64,000 nt of DNA from Candidatus Nealsonbacteria bacterium (GCA_030612885.1 JAUWMZ010000005.1:19-64018); one strand, 5' to 3'. Numbered from the stretch's first letter, positions 25,523 to 35,351 are shown. Numbers and translations are program-made. The notes: generated from the sequence alone by a model not told the origin.

Positions 25523-26473
25523 ATGAAAGCAAAAAATTTTCTTCAGCAATTCAATATCTTCAAACAATGTAAAAAATACGGACTACCTCTTTGGGAATGC
25601 CCCCAGTTTCTTTTTGTTATAATGGGTATTGTTATTATTATTACTGCTATCAGTACTTATTTAATCGGCACCCGTTATTTAGATAATCCAGAAACAGTGG
25701 CTTTAATCACCCTTGGATTAGCAATGGTTTTATTTATTATTTCTTTCATCATCAACAAAAGCTTGGAGATGTTAGCTGAAGCCAGCCGAATGAAGTCAGA
25801 ATTCGTAAGAATAGTTTCCCATCAATTAAGAGCGCCTTTGACTAATTTAAAATGGAGTATTGAAATGATGATATCCGAGGGTTTAGAAAATGTCCGGGAG
25901 AAGCAGTTATTGGATTTTATTAGAACGTTAAAAGAAAACAGCAACAGGATGGAAGAATTAGTAAATAATCTATTAATTGTTTCCAGGATGGAAAAAGATG
26001 GAATCCATGAAAAAAAAGAAAATACTGATTTAGAAAAAATAGTAAATCAGTTTGTTTCTGAATCTAAGGCCTTTGCTGATTCCTCAAACATTCAGTTAAA
26101 GCTTGACTGCCAGAAAAATCTGCCAACAGTTTTTATTGACCCGAGCAAGATTAAATTAGTTATAGAGAATTTTATAGATAATGCTATCCGTTATACTAAA
26201 AAAAGAGGGATAGTGGAGATAAAATTGAGAAAATACAAGAATAATATCTGTTTTGAAGTTAAAGACGAAGGCGTAGGTATTCCTAAAGAAGATCAAAAAT
26301 ATATTTTCCAGAAATTTTTTCGGGCAAGAAATGTTTTAAAATACCAAACCCATGGAAGCGGTTTGGGATTATTTATTGCTAAATCAGTTATAGATAAAAT
26401 GGGTGGCAAAATAGGATTTGAATCTAAAGAAGAAAAAGGTTCAACTTTTTGGTTTAAAATACCCATCCGCTAA
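25523..26473 (+). CDS. Sensor histidine kinase (2 TM, HisKA, HATPase_c)
   Basis: H-box SEFVRIVSHQLRAPLT, N-box IDNAIRYT, G-boxes DEGVGI and GSGLGL. Confidence 0.85.
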   Translation: MKAKNFLQQFNIFKQCKKYGLPLWECPQFLFVIMGIVIIITAISTYLIGTRYLDNPETVALITLGLAMVLFIISFIINKSLEMLAEASRMKSEFVRIVSHQLRAPLTNLKWSIEMMISEGLENVREKQLLDFIRTLKENSNRMEELVNNLLIVSRMEKDGIHEKKENTDLEKIVNQFVSESKAFADSSNIQLKLDCQKNLPTVFIDPSKIKLVIENFIDNAIRYTKKRGIVEIKLRKYKNNICFEVKDEGVGIPKEDQKYIFQKFFRARNVLKYQTHGSGLGLFIAKSVIDKMGGKIGFESKEEKGSTFWFKIPIR

Positions 26474-26569
26474 TAATTACTAATTTAAATCACTAATCAT
26501 CACGAATAAGTTAATTACGAATAGACCATTAGTGAATATTCGTGATTCTAATTCGTGATATTATTCGTG
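26474..26569. repeat. Intergenic palindromic repeat, ATCACGAATA / TATTCGTGAT family (copy 2, expanded)
   Basis: aatcactaatcatcacgaataagttaattacgaatagaccattagtgaatattcgtgattctaattcgtgatattattcgtgg. The attcgtgR unit occurs 3 times. Confidence 0.7.
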
Positions 26570-26571
26570 GT

Positions 26572-26952
26572 ATGAAAACTATTCTCTTTATTGAAGACGA
26601 GGCTACTCTTCAAAAAACTTTTGGGAAAACCTTAGAAGAAGAGGGGTTTAAAGTTATCCCAGCTTTAGACGGAGATATTGGTTTGAAATTAGCCAATCCG
26701 CCAGCCGGCGGAAAAAAACCTGATTTAATTTTGCTGGACCTTATTCTGCCCAGACGTAATGGTTTTGAGGTCTTGAAGGAAATCAAAGGAGACGAAGAAA
26801 CAAAAGATATTCCTATTATTGTTTTAACCAATTTGGAGACAATGGATAATGTGGACAGAGCCATTGAACTTGGCGCCACTACCTATTTAGTAAAAGCAAA
26901 TTATAGTTTGAGAGAAGTTATTACAAAAGTGAAACAAGTACTCGGAGAATAA
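26572..26952 (+). CDS. Response regulator receiver protein (stand-alone REC)
   Basis: MKTILFIEDE...DLILLDLILP...PIIVLTN...YLVK. Start placed at ATG 26572 because GTG 26542 lies inside the repeat element. Confidence 0.85.
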   Translation: MKTILFIEDEATLQKTFGKTLEEEGFKVIPALDGDIGLKLANPPAGGKKPDLILLDLILPRRNGFEVLKEIKGDEETKDIPIIVLTNLETMDNVDRAIELGATTYLVKANYSLREVITKVKQVLGE

Positions 26953-26953
26953 T

Positions 26954-28732
26954 ATGAAAGTGGAACCCAGACAACTAAAATCTTTTCTGCTTGATACCAA
27001 TATTATTAATGAATCCCAGTTCAAAGAAATTAAAAAAAGAGCGGAAAAGACAGGCCAAAAAATTAGTGATATTTTAGTTGCTGAAAAATTTATCAATGAG
27101 AGTAATTTTATTAAACTAGAGGCATATGTTTTAGGAATTCCCTTTGTTGATTTAGAAGAAGAAAGTGTTCCTTCGGATATTTTAAAGATTATCCCTGAAC
27201 CAATTGCCAGGACCCATAACATTATTGCTTTTAGAAAGACAGGAAAAGACCTGGAAGTAGCCATGCTTGATCCCGAGGATTTGCAGACAATTGATTTTAT
27301 CAAAAAGAAAGCCGGTTTAAAAATTTTACCGCGGCTGACCACTCCTAAAAGTATAAAAAACGTTTTACAGCAGTATCAAAAAACTTTAAGAGCTGAATTC
27401 GGTGATATTATAACAACTCAAGCCAAAATTGTTGGAAGAAAAGAAGAGAAAATCGGAGTTATAAAATCAATTAAAGAAAAAAAAGAACTCGGGGAAAAAG
27501 AAAACCTTAAAAAAACAGCTGAAGAACTGCCGGTGATAAGAATTGTAGATACTTTGCTTAAGCATGCCATTTTGCAAAGGTCTTCTGATATTCATATTGA
27601 GCCGACAGAGAAAGAAGTTATCGTTCGTTATAGAATTGACGGTATTCTTCATGATGCTATGACTCTTCCCAAGCAAGCGGCTTCTGGCATCGTTGCTCGA
27701 ATTAAAGTTTTGTCAAATTTAAAGCTAGATGAACACCGTCTGCCTCAAGACGGTCGTTTTAAGATTGAGAGCGAGGACTACAAATATTCTATTAGGGTTT
27801 CTATTCTGCCGATTTTTGGCGGAGAGAAAATTGTTATGCGGCTCTTGTCAGAAACATCAAAAAGTTTTAGTTTAGAAGAATTAGGTTTAAGAGGAAATAC
27901 TTTAGAAGACATTCAGCTCAATATAAGAAGGCCGGTTGGTATGACTTTAGTAACTGGTCCTACTGGCTCTGGAAAAACAACTACTCTTTATGCTATTCTG
28001 GAAATATTGAATACTCCAGAAGTTAATATCTCTACTATTGAAGACCCGATTGAATATCAAATCCCCAGAATTAATCAAACCCAGGTGAAAGCTAAAATTG
28101 GATTGACTTTTGCCAATGGCTTGCGTTCTTTGGTCAGGCAGGACCCGGATATAATTATGGTTGGTGAAATCAGAGATAATGAGACGGCTAGCTTGGCTAT
28201 TAACGCTGCTCTGACCGGCCATTTGGTCTTGTCTACCTTACACACTACTAATGCGGCTGGCGCTATTCCCCGTCTTCTTGATATGAAAGCAGAGCCATTT
28301 TTAATATCTTCTACCTTGAATATCATTATAGCTCAAAGATTGATCAGACAGTTTTGTACTGACAAGAAGCCGTATAAATTAAAAGCATCAGAAATAAAAA
28401 ATTTAGAGGAATACTGCGATTTAAAAAAGATTTTAGAAATCTTAAAAAAAGAAAAAATAGCGAAGAATAGCCAGAGCTTTAAAGATATTGAATTTTACAA
28501 ATCCAAGGCCTCAAAAGAATGTCCGGATGGCTATAAGGGGAGAATAGGAATTTATGAAGTTCTCTCTATTACTGAAAGCATAAAAGAATTGATTATGAAA
28601 GGAGCAACTTCTGACCAAATTCAGGAACAGGCGCAAAGAGAAGGAATGAGAACAATGATTGAAGACGGCTTTGTTAAGGCCGCTCAAGGACTTACCAGTA
28701 TTGAGGAAGTCCTGCGGGTAATTAAAGAGTAA
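26954..28732 (+). CDS. pilB: GspE/PilB-family type IV pilus / type II secretion ATPase
   Basis: N-terminal GSPII_E_N-like domain, Walker A GPTGSGKTTT, Asp box, Walker B DPDIIMVGEIRD, His box, and a tetra-Cys-like CPDGYKGR region. Confidence 0.85.
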   Translation: MKVEPRQLKSFLLDTNIINESQFKEIKKRAEKTGQKISDILVAEKFINESNFIKLEAYVLGIPFVDLEEESVPSDILKIIPEPIARTHNIIAFRKTGKDLEVAMLDPEDLQTIDFIKKKAGLKILPRLTTPKSIKNVLQQYQKTLRAEFGDIITTQAKIVGRKEEKIGVIKSIKEKKELGEKENLKKTAEELPVIRIVDTLLKHAILQRSSDIHIEPTEKEVIVRYRIDGILHDAMTLPKQAASGIVARIKVLSNLKLDEHRLPQDGRFKIESEDYKYSIRVSILPIFGGEKIVMRLLSETSKSFSLEELGLRGNTLEDIQLNIRRPVGMTLVTGPTGSGKTTTLYAILEILNTPEVNISTIEDPIEYQIPRINQTQVKAKIGLTFANGLRSLVRQDPDIIMVGEIRDNETASLAINAALTGHLVLSTLHTTNAAGAIPRLLDMKAEPFLISSTLNIIIAQRLIRQFCTDKKPYKLKASEIKNLEEYCDLKKILEILKKEKIAKNSQSFKDIEFYKSKASKECPDGYKGRIGIYEVLSITESIKELIMKGATSDQIQEQAQREGMRTMIEDGFVKAAQGLTSIEEVLRVIKE

Positions 28733-28736
28733 AAAA

Positions 28737-29744
28737 ATGCCAAAAACAAAAACAAAAAAAAGGATTTTAACAGGTGACCGGCCCACCGGTCCCTTACATC
28801 TCGGACACTATGTCGGCTCCCTGGAAAACCGAGTAAAGCTTCAAGATAAATATGAATGCTTTTTTATTATTTCTGATTATGAATTCCTCACCGACCATTT
28901 ATCCAGAACAGAAGAACTTAGAAAAAACGTTAAAAATCTCGTCCTTGATTATTTATCTTTAGGAATAGACCCTAAAAAAAGCACGGTTTTTGTTGAATCA
29001 GAAATTCCTCAAATATCTGAATTAACCCTGCTTTTTTCAATGCTCGTAGGTTTGTCCAGAGTAAAAAGAAATCCAACCATAAAAGAGGAAATAAAAACCA
29101 GAGGTATTTCCAAAGCAAGTTACGGTTTTATCGGCTGGCCTATTGCCCAGGCAGCTGATATTCTCTGCGTCAGGGCAGAGCTTGTTCCAGTAGGGGAAGA
29201 CCAGCTTTCCCATATTGAACAAACTAGAGAGATAGCCAGGGATTTTAACCGCTTGTTCGGTTTTGTCTTTCCTGTGCCAGAAGCATTAACAGGCAAAGTG
29301 GCCCGTTTGCCCGGCATTGATGGAAGAAAAATGTCAAAAAGTTTTGATAATGCCATTTATTTTTCTGATTCTCCAAAACAAGTAAAAGAAAAAATTAACA
29401 GAGCCATAACTGATCCCAAAAGAATACATCCAAGCGACAAGGGCCATCCGGAAATTTGTAATATATTCCAGTATTACAAAGCATTTAACAAAGAAGAGCT
29501 AAATGAAATTAAAGAGCAATGTCAAAAAGGCAAGATTGGCTGTGTTGCTTGTAAAGAAAAAATGGCTAAAGCCATAAATGAATTTTTAGAGCCCATTCGG
29601 GAAAAGAGAAACTATTATAGCAAGCAAAAAAACATTATTAAAGATGTCTTAAATGCCGGAAATAAAAAAACAGAAAGAGAGGCAGCCAAGACATTGGCAT
29701 TAGTAAAAGAAAAAATGCATCTTGATTATAAATTAATTTTATGA
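28737..29744 (+). CDS. trpS: Tryptophan--tRNA ligase
   Basis: TGDRPTGPLHLGHYVG (HIGH-type), GEDQ, KMSKS. 335 aa. Confidence 0.9.
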   Translation: MPKTKTKKRILTGDRPTGPLHLGHYVGSLENRVKLQDKYECFFIISDYEFLTDHLSRTEELRKNVKNLVLDYLSLGIDPKKSTVFVESEIPQISELTLLFSMLVGLSRVKRNPTIKEEIKTRGISKASYGFIGWPIAQAADILCVRAELVPVGEDQLSHIEQTREIARDFNRLFGFVFPVPEALTGKVARLPGIDGRKMSKSFDNAIYFSDSPKQVKEKINRAITDPKRIHPSDKGHPEICNIFQYYKAFNKEELNEIKEQCQKGKIGCVACKEKMAKAINEFLEPIREKRNYYSKQKNIIKDVLNAGNKKTEREAAKTLALVKEKMHLDYKLIL

Positions 29745-29748
29745 CCCA

Positions 29749-29777
29749 AATTAACGAGAACATTTCTCGTTAATTTT
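29749..29777 (+). terminator. Terminator-like hairpin after trpS
   Basis: ttaacgagaa-cat-ttctcgttaa (10-bp perfect stem) followed by T4. Confidence 0.55.
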
Positions 29778-29779
29778 AA

Positions 29780-30115
29780 TTAGTTATTTCTCCTGATGGT
29801 AAGATAGGAATTTGTCCAGATTTTATTAAATCTCGTCGATTTTTTAACAATTCGGTGTTCGATAAATCTTTTGATCCATACCAAAATAAGGACTTTCAAG
29901 AATGGTTAAGACGTTCTCCTTTGAATATGCCACAATGTTTAGATTGCGAAGCAATCGCTATCTGTGGCGGAGGTTGCCCAGCAAGTGCAGAAGCTCGCTA
30001 TGGAAGTATGTGGGATGTTGATCAAAGAATCTGTCCTCATTCCAAGAAAGCACTAGAATGGCTCATTTGGGATACTTACCAACGAGTGAAACTACCTTTA
30101 CAAAACACTACCTAA
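29780..30115 (+). pseudogene. 3' fragment of a radical SAM / SPASM-domain gene
   Basis: The frame is open from 29780 with no credible start (LVISPDGKIGICPDF...). The C-terminal CLDCEAIAICGGGCPASA...RICPH matches the SPASM Cys pattern. The radical SAM core is absent. Confidence 0.5.
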
Positions 30116-30153
30116 TGGCTAGAATAAAATAATATTCCAGCCGTTTTTTTATT

Positions 30154-30903
30154 ATGAAGAAAATTAAGTATCCTAATGTAAAATTTCTTATTGAGCCAGA
30201 AGAAGATATTTCTGTTTATTTTGTTTTTGAAAGAGAAGCTGAAATATTTGATAGATGGTCTATTATGGAGGACTATTTTTTTAAAAAACATCCCAAAATT
30301 AAATCATTGAAGAGAATAAAAGATAAGAGAGCAAAAAAGAAATTTCTAAAAAATTATACGATAGATTACTATAAATTTCGTAATGTATTAATTAAAAAAA
30401 GAGTAAAAGAAGCCAAAACGAGATGGAAAAAAGTTGAACAGAAATTCTTTTGTCTCGCTGATGAATTATTTCAAAAATATCTTTGGCCTAAGGCTGATTA
30501 TAGAGCATTTGTGACAATTTGGAATATTTTTCCAAGAGATATCTCTAAGAAAACATTTCAATTTCCTTACAAAGGTAGAATTTTCAAAAAAGTTGAGGCA
30601 ATTATTGCTCACGAGATGCTCCATTTTTTATTCTATGATTATCTTTTTAGGTATTTTCCAGAATATAAAAAATCTCAATATTCTTATTCTGTTTGGGTTC
30701 TTTCCGAGGCTTTCAACGAAGCTATAATGATAGAGCCAGAATGGAGAAAGATTTTCCCCTTACAACCACAACCTTATCCAGAAACCGTAATTGTAAGAAA
30801 AAAGATTAGAGAATTAAGAAAGAATAAAAAAACTGTAAAAGAAATTTTAGAAGAATTACTTCCATTTGTAATTCAAAAATATACAAGACCACCTTCACAG
30901 TAA
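30154..30903 (+). CDS. Hypothetical protein with HExxH motif (possible metallopeptidase)
   Basis: 249 aa containing IIAHEMLHFLF. No further family assignment possible by eye. Confidence 0.35.
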   Translation: MKKIKYPNVKFLIEPEEDISVYFVFEREAEIFDRWSIMEDYFFKKHPKIKSLKRIKDKRAKKKFLKNYTIDYYKFRNVLIKKRVKEAKTRWKKVEQKFFCLADELFQKYLWPKADYRAFVTIWNIFPRDISKKTFQFPYKGRIFKKVEAIIAHEMLHFLFYDYLFRYFPEYKKSQYSYSVWVLSEAFNEAIMIEPEWRKIFPLQPQPYPETVIVRKKIRELRKNKKTVKEILEELLPFVIQKYTRPPSQ

Positions 30904-31132
30904 TTATTTTAGATTTTGTAATACTTTATAAATTTCATTGATAAATCCCTAATAATCTAAAAAGAGAAAAAACCAATCCTGCGGTAAATCGTAGGATTTT
31001 TTGTTGTTATTTTAGGTAAAATTTAGTAGACCCCAGTTAGAAAAATCAGTGAAGATTATAAATTATTAAAATGATTTGAATATTTTTTTCTAACGGGGTA
31101 AAATTAAGGAATGAAAACAAAACTCAAAAATT

Positions 31133-31273
31133 ATGGCAATTGAGAAAATCCTAAAATTTATCTGGAATGAATTCATTTACGGCGGACATTTATTTTCATT
31201 AGGGGGCGCCGCTATAATTCTTGTTTCAGATTTGTTATTTAAAATTAAAGTGATTAAGTTGTCTGTTTTGTAG
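31133..31273 (+). pseudogene. N-terminal 46-aa fragment of a UbiA-family prenyltransferase paralogue
   Basis: MAIEKILKFIWNEFIYGGHLFSLGGAAIILVS aligns with the N-terminus of 32489-33355 (KKVLKLILNEFIYGGHLQSLGAASIVFVS). It then stops just before the agagttgacacc motif. Confidence 0.45.
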
Positions 31274-31319
31274 AAAATAGAGTTGACACCGTTTTTCTTT
31301 CTCATTATTAGTTAGTCTT

Positions 31320-32351
31320 ATGGATAAAAAATCTCTGAAAAATGAATATGATATAATTATAGTTGGAGCTGGACCTGCTGGGTGTAGTGTTGCAAAATTT
31401 CTTTCGGATAAATATAATATCTTAATAATAGACTGGTCAAGATTTTCGAGAGATAAACCATGTGGGGGTCTTCTGGTAGAAGAGACCCAGGATTTTATTA
31501 AGGACTGGAGATTACCAAGAAGTGTTTTTTCTTATCCAAAATATGTTAATTTAAAAATGATTGACTGGAATAATGATTTAGAGATAGATATCAAGAGAAA
31601 ATTGTGGAATGTTTCCAGAAGAAATTTTGATTATTGGTTATTAAAAGCATTACAAAATGGTATTCAGGTTTTTTCTGGAACAAAGTTTTTACAATTTGAG
31701 AAAAAGAGAAAAAATATAGAAGTTCTTTTAGAGATAAACAATAAAAAAAGAATTGTTAAAACAAAATATCTTATTGGTGCTAATGGGTCGTTTTCCAATA
31801 TAAGAAAAATTTTGGTTAAAAAACCTATAAGATATTATATTGCAACACAATATTGGATAAGACATTGCAACATAGGTGACAGCGCTTATTTTATATACGA
31901 TAACGAGATAACTGATTTTTATTCATGGATAATACCAAAAGGAGGAAATTTAATTCTGGGTTCTGCGTTAGAAAGGGATAGTAATATAAGAGATAAAATG
32001 AAAATTCTGAAAAATAAATTAAAAGAAAAACTTGGTATAGTTGGTAACGTTTTTAAAGAGGAGTCTACTATTTTATCAAGACCTGAAAATAAAAAGGACG
32101 TTTTTCTAGGAAATGATAAAATATTTCTTATAGGAGAATCGGCTGGCTTTGTAAGCTCTAGTACTGGGGAAGGCATTAGCTTTGCTTTGAGAAGTGGTTA
32201 TAACTGTGCTAGAGCTTTGAATGAAGATTTCAAAAATGCTTTTTCTTTGTATAAGAAATTTTCTGAAAATTTGATAAATGAAATTAAAGAAAAAATAGAT
32301 AAATCTGACACGCTTTCTGACCCTGAAAAAAGGAAAAAAATGTTTGAGTAG
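31320..32351 (+). CDS. Geranylgeranyl reductase family FAD-dependent oxidoreductase
   Basis: YDIIIVGAGPAGCSVA, DKPCGGLL and GESAGFVSSSTGEGISFALRSG, the GGR-family (TIGR02032-like) motif series. Confidence 0.75.
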   Translation: MDKKSLKNEYDIIIVGAGPAGCSVAKFLSDKYNILIIDWSRFSRDKPCGGLLVEETQDFIKDWRLPRSVFSYPKYVNLKMIDWNNDLEIDIKRKLWNVSRRNFDYWLLKALQNGIQVFSGTKFLQFEKKRKNIEVLLEINNKKRIVKTKYLIGANGSFSNIRKILVKKPIRYYIATQYWIRHCNIGDSAYFIYDNEITDFYSWIIPKGGNLILGSALERDSNIRDKMKILKNKLKEKLGIVGNVFKEESTILSRPENKKDVFLGNDKIFLIGESAGFVSSSTGEGISFALRSGYNCARALNEDFKNAFSLYKKFSENLINEIKEKIDKSDTLSDPEKRKKMFE

Positions 32352-32488
32352 AAGAGATTAAAAAAGAAAACCAATAGATTATTTCGTAAAAAAAGTTAGT
32401 TTCTCCAATTTCCCTCTATAAAAACAAATAACATAAGCACTGAAGACAATAAATCTTTAGATTTTTAAGAATAGAAAATAAAAATTAA

Positions 32489-33355
32489 ATGTCTAGTTTT
32501 AAAAAAGTTTTAAAATTAATTCTTAATGAATTTATTTATGGAGGACATCTTCAGTCGTTAGGTGCGGCGAGTATTGTTTTTGTTTCTGGTATTTTATTAA
32601 ATATTCAAATAACTTGGGATGTTTTGTTTATTACATACTTACTTTTTTATGCTCCTTATTTATATAATCGCTTTAAAGAAATAAAAATAGATTATTTAAC
32701 TAATCCAGAAAGAACCCAGTATTTAAAAAAACACCTAAAATTTATACCAAAAATTTTTTATCTCGTAATTTTTATTTTAGTTATTAATTTAATTTATTTT
32801 AGTAATTTTTTGGCATTAATTTTTGGCTTGCTTTTGCTCATTTTTGGAATCCTTTACACTACTGTTTTTAAAAAAGCTACTAAAAAAATATTTTTTTTTA
32901 AGGATATATATGTTTCTATATTTTTCGCTTCGTTACCGTTTTTTTTAGTGGTTTATTATTTTTTTCCTTTGACAAATTATTTAATACTTAGTGCCTTGGT
33001 ATTATCTTTATTTATATTTTCAAAAGCATTTTTAATACAGATTTTTCTTGATATAAAAGATATAAAAAGTGATAGAAAAGAAAGATTGCGTACTTTTCCA
33101 ATTATGGTAGGAAAAGAAAAAAGCTTTATGCTTTTATCTATTTTTAACTTCATAATTACTATAACTGTACCAATAATTCTTTCTCTTTATTCTAATATTT
33201 TTCCAAAATCAATACTAATGCTTATCTTAACTCTTCCTTTTGATTTTTATTGCTATAGTTTAGCAAAGAAAGAAAAATATTTTGGATACATTCTTCAAAG
33301 CGGAGAGTTTCTTTTATGGCCATTTTTAATTCTTATAGGTAAAATAATATTATGA
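32489..33355 (+). CDS. UbiA-superfamily prenyltransferase (DGGGP-synthase-like)
   Basis: Polytopic protein with NRFKEIKIDYLTNPERT (N...E/D...D..N.P.R) and DIKDIKSDRKERLRTFPIMVG (D..D...D). Confidence 0.7.
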   Translation: MSSFKKVLKLILNEFIYGGHLQSLGAASIVFVSGILLNIQITWDVLFITYLLFYAPYLYNRFKEIKIDYLTNPERTQYLKKHLKFIPKIFYLVIFILVINLIYFSNFLALIFGLLLLIFGILYTTVFKKATKKIFFFKDIYVSIFFASLPFFLVVYYFFPLTNYLILSALVLSLFIFSKAFLIQIFLDIKDIKSDRKERLRTFPIMVGKEKSFMLLSIFNFIITITVPIILSLYSNIFPKSILMLILTLPFDFYCYSLAKKEKYFGYILQSGEFLLWPFLILIGKIIL

Positions 33356-34932
33356 TAACAGAATTACCTCTTTACAATAAAATATTAATTCTTTTTATTG
33401 ATCTCATTGCTATTTGGCTGGCTATTATAGTTTATAACAGTAATCGTAAAGGCAAGCTGAATAAAATATTTCTTGAAATGATAGTTTTAATGTTTTTTTG
33501 GGTTAATTTTGCCTATCTTGCTAGATTAATAGGACAACAAAGTCCTGATTTAGGATTAATATTTTTGAAAATTGCTTGGTCTGCCTCTCCTTTTTTATTT
33601 GTTTTACTTTATTTCTTGGTAGTTTTTTATTTGAATAAAGAAAAATCATATTCAATTTTAAGTAAAATTATATTTTTAAGCGGTTTAATTGTGTCTTTGA
33701 TAACAATATTTACGAGTTTGGTAGTTAAGGAAATGGAATTTGTTGGTATTAATTTAACCATAATTTACGGTGAAGGAATGTTTCCTTTTTTAGGAATTGT
33801 ATTTTTCTTTATGTGTGCTCCTTTATATCTTTTATTTAAAGAGTATATAAAATGCCAACCGAAAGAGAGGATAAAGATAGAGTATTTACTGATTGGGATT
33901 TTTATATTCTATTTAGCCAACATTATTTTTGGCATGGTCTTCCCAATATTTTTGAAAGTTGTTCATCTTTATTGGATAGGCGACTATTCTGTTATTTTTC
34001 TCCTTGGTTTTACAGCTTACGCAATTGTGAAGCACGAACTTTTTGATATTAAGGTTGTTTTGACGTCTATTTTTGTGTCTTTGATTGCTATTTTGTTGGC
34101 TTTGGATGCCTTGTTGTTTACCGAGGTATTTTCTATTCAGATTTTGAAGGGAGTAGCCCTGTTAATTTTCTTAATATTTGGTCATATGCTTATTGAAAGT
34201 GTTTTTGGAGAGGTAAAAAGGAGAAAAGAGTTAGAAAAGTTGAGCAGGGCAAAAACAGAATTTATTTCTATGGCTTCTCATCAGTTAAGAACACCTTTGA
34301 CAGCTATTAAAGGGTATAGCTCTTTGATATTGGAAGGAACTTATGGGAAGACAGAAGTAAAACAGAAAAGAGTTTTTAAAAATATTTTTGTTTCTACAGA
34401 GAGATTGCTTAAAATCGTTAATGATTTATTAAATATTTCTAAAATTGAGTTAGGGAAAGTAGAGTTAGAAAAAGAGCCGGTCAGAATTGAGAATCTAATT
34501 GACAGTGTATATCAAGAAATGAAACCCCAGGCTCAAGAAAAAGGACTTAAACTCATTTGGCAAAAGCCAAAGCAAGATTTACAGGAAATCAACATAGATT
34601 CTTTGAAAATAAGACAGGCGATTTTTAATATTATTGATAATGCTATCAAATACACTGAAAAAGGAAGTATAACTATTAAAATCCAAAATTTAACATCTAA
34701 AATCCAAATTGTAATTTCTGATACAGGAATAGGATTTACAGAAGATGAAAAACATAGGTTGTTTGAATTGTTTGTTAGAGGTAGAGCAGGTATAGATACT
34801 TTTGTTGAGGGGACAGGAATTGGTCTTAATGTCGCCAGAAAATTTGTTGAACTTCACGGTGGCAAAATCCGAGCCGAATCCCAGGGCAAAGACAAAGGCG
34901 CCATTTTCTATATTGAACTGCCGGTAAGATAA
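33352..34932 (+). CDS. Sensor histidine kinase with multi-TM N-terminal sensor domain
   Basis: About 7 TM helices, then H-box TEFISMASHQLRTPLT, N-box IDNAIKYT, DTGIGF and GTGIGL. ATGA overlap with the UbiA gene. Confidence 0.85.
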   Translation: MITELPLYNKILILFIDLIAIWLAIIVYNSNRKGKLNKIFLEMIVLMFFWVNFAYLARLIGQQSPDLGLIFLKIAWSASPFLFVLLYFLVVFYLNKEKSYSILSKIIFLSGLIVSLITIFTSLVVKEMEFVGINLTIIYGEGMFPFLGIVFFFMCAPLYLLFKEYIKCQPKERIKIEYLLIGIFIFYLANIIFGMVFPIFLKVVHLYWIGDYSVIFLLGFTAYAIVKHELFDIKVVLTSIFVSLIAILLALDALLFTEVFSIQILKGVALLIFLIFGHMLIESVFGEVKRRKELEKLSRAKTEFISMASHQLRTPLTAIKGYSSLILEGTYGKTEVKQKRVFKNIFVSTERLLKIVNDLLNISKIELGKVELEKEPVRIENLIDSVYQEMKPQAQEKGLKLIWQKPKQDLQEINIDSLKIRQAIFNIIDNAIKYTEKGSITIKIQNLTSKIQIVISDTGIGFTEDEKHRLFELFVRGRAGIDTFVEGTGIGLNVARKFVELHGGKIRAESQGKDKGAIFYIELPVR

Positions 34933-34946
34933 AGATTTAGAAAAAT

Positions 34947-35351
34947 ATGAAAATATTTATTTCGCATAAATTTCGAGGAGTAGACAAAAAAGATTTAAGA
35001 GAAAAATTAGAGAAAATTTCTTTTATACTTAAAAAATTAGGACATAAAACATTTATTTTTTTTCGAGATAAAAAAAACTGGCAAGAAAAAGAGTTTCCAT
35101 CTGGACAAGTAATTCTTAAGGCATTTCCACAAATTAAAAAATGTGATATTCTTTTTGGTTTTATTGACAACCAGAAGATGAGCGAAGGCATGCTTTTAGA
35201 AATCGGTTTTGCCAAGGCGTTAAATAAAAAGATAGTTCTGTTGATTTGTAAAAAAAGCTCTTTTCCGACCTTAGAAACTATTTCTGACCAAGTGATTAAA
35301 TTTAATGATATAAAACAAATTGATAAAGAATTACTTAAAATTGAAATTTAG
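34947..35351 (+). CDS. Nucleoside 2-deoxyribosyltransferase-like protein
   Basis: MKIFISHKF...CDILFGFID....SEGMLLEIGFAKALNKKIVLL resembles the Nuc_deoxyrib_tr fold motif (D/S.G...E.G.A.A.GK.V). Confidence 0.45.
   Translation: MKIFISHKFRGVDKKDLREKLEKISFILKKLGHKTFIFFRDKKNWQEKEFPSGQVILKAFPQIKKCDILFGFIDNQKMSEGMLLEIGFAKALNKKIVLLICKKSSFPTLETISDQVIKFNDIKQIDKELLKIEI

Noticed and set aside
33852-34046. Alternative-frame ORF inside the histidine kinase gene.
   Set aside because: It is embedded in the TM region of a well-supported kinase gene and has no independent signals.
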